DNA from: the human T2T-CHM13v2.0 reference genome, Homo sapiens
DNA length: 64,000 nt
Direction: 5' to 3' (one strand)
NCBI RefSeq assembly: GCF_009914755.1
Contig: NC_060938.1
Shown here one piece after another: positions 60,990-64,000 of the stretch. The notes under the pieces were generated by a model. The model made no database searches, was not told the DNA's origin, and saw only the letters and a list, made by a program, of their open reading frames with translations. Made by a program: the position numbers and the translations under genes. Position 1 is the first letter of the stretch. Every line of letters begins with the position of its first letter.

Positions 60990-61149
60990 GGCTAAGGTGG
61001 GATTACAGAGGCAGGAGAAACGCGAGAAGGAGCAGCAGACACACAGCTACCCAACCCGCCCTCCACCAACGCTGAAATAGCCCGGCGCCCACCTGCCTCA
61101 GCCTCGGATTCTGCTCCCAGAATAAGCAACAGCTTTACTTCCACACAGG

Positions 61150-64000
<2,851 letters not shown>

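Overview
Human or great-ape genomic DNA with no intact protein-coding or RNA gene; it is a pericentromeric-type segmental-duplication mosaic. From left to right: (1) about 13.5 kb of diverged 45S rDNA intergenic spacer (IGS) in reverse orientation, with the CDC27 processed-pseudogene tail, GA/TC tracts and Alus, but no rRNA genes; (2) a Tigger1 carrying an LTR5A solo LTR; (3) two degenerate head-to-tail D4Z4/DUX4-like units, separated by a 5'-inverted (twin-primed) PCMTD1 retrocopy; (4) a 5S rDNA spacer with no 5S gene; (5) about 38 kb dense in repeats, including a full-length L1PA4-like element, nested MaLR/L1/Alu insertions, an isolated beta-satellite island, an internally deleted L1PA8-like element, an orphan TUBB8-like exon 1 and ERV1 pol. 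The most unusual observation is DUX copy 2. A deletion fuses homeobox 1 to homeobox 2, and a second 47-bp deletion restores the frame, leaving a 160-aa ORF behind a canonical TATAA box. I found no convincing new biological system; the functional ideas below are hypotheses. Family assignments come from recalled consensus sequences, not database searches. Boundaries without TSDs are approximate.
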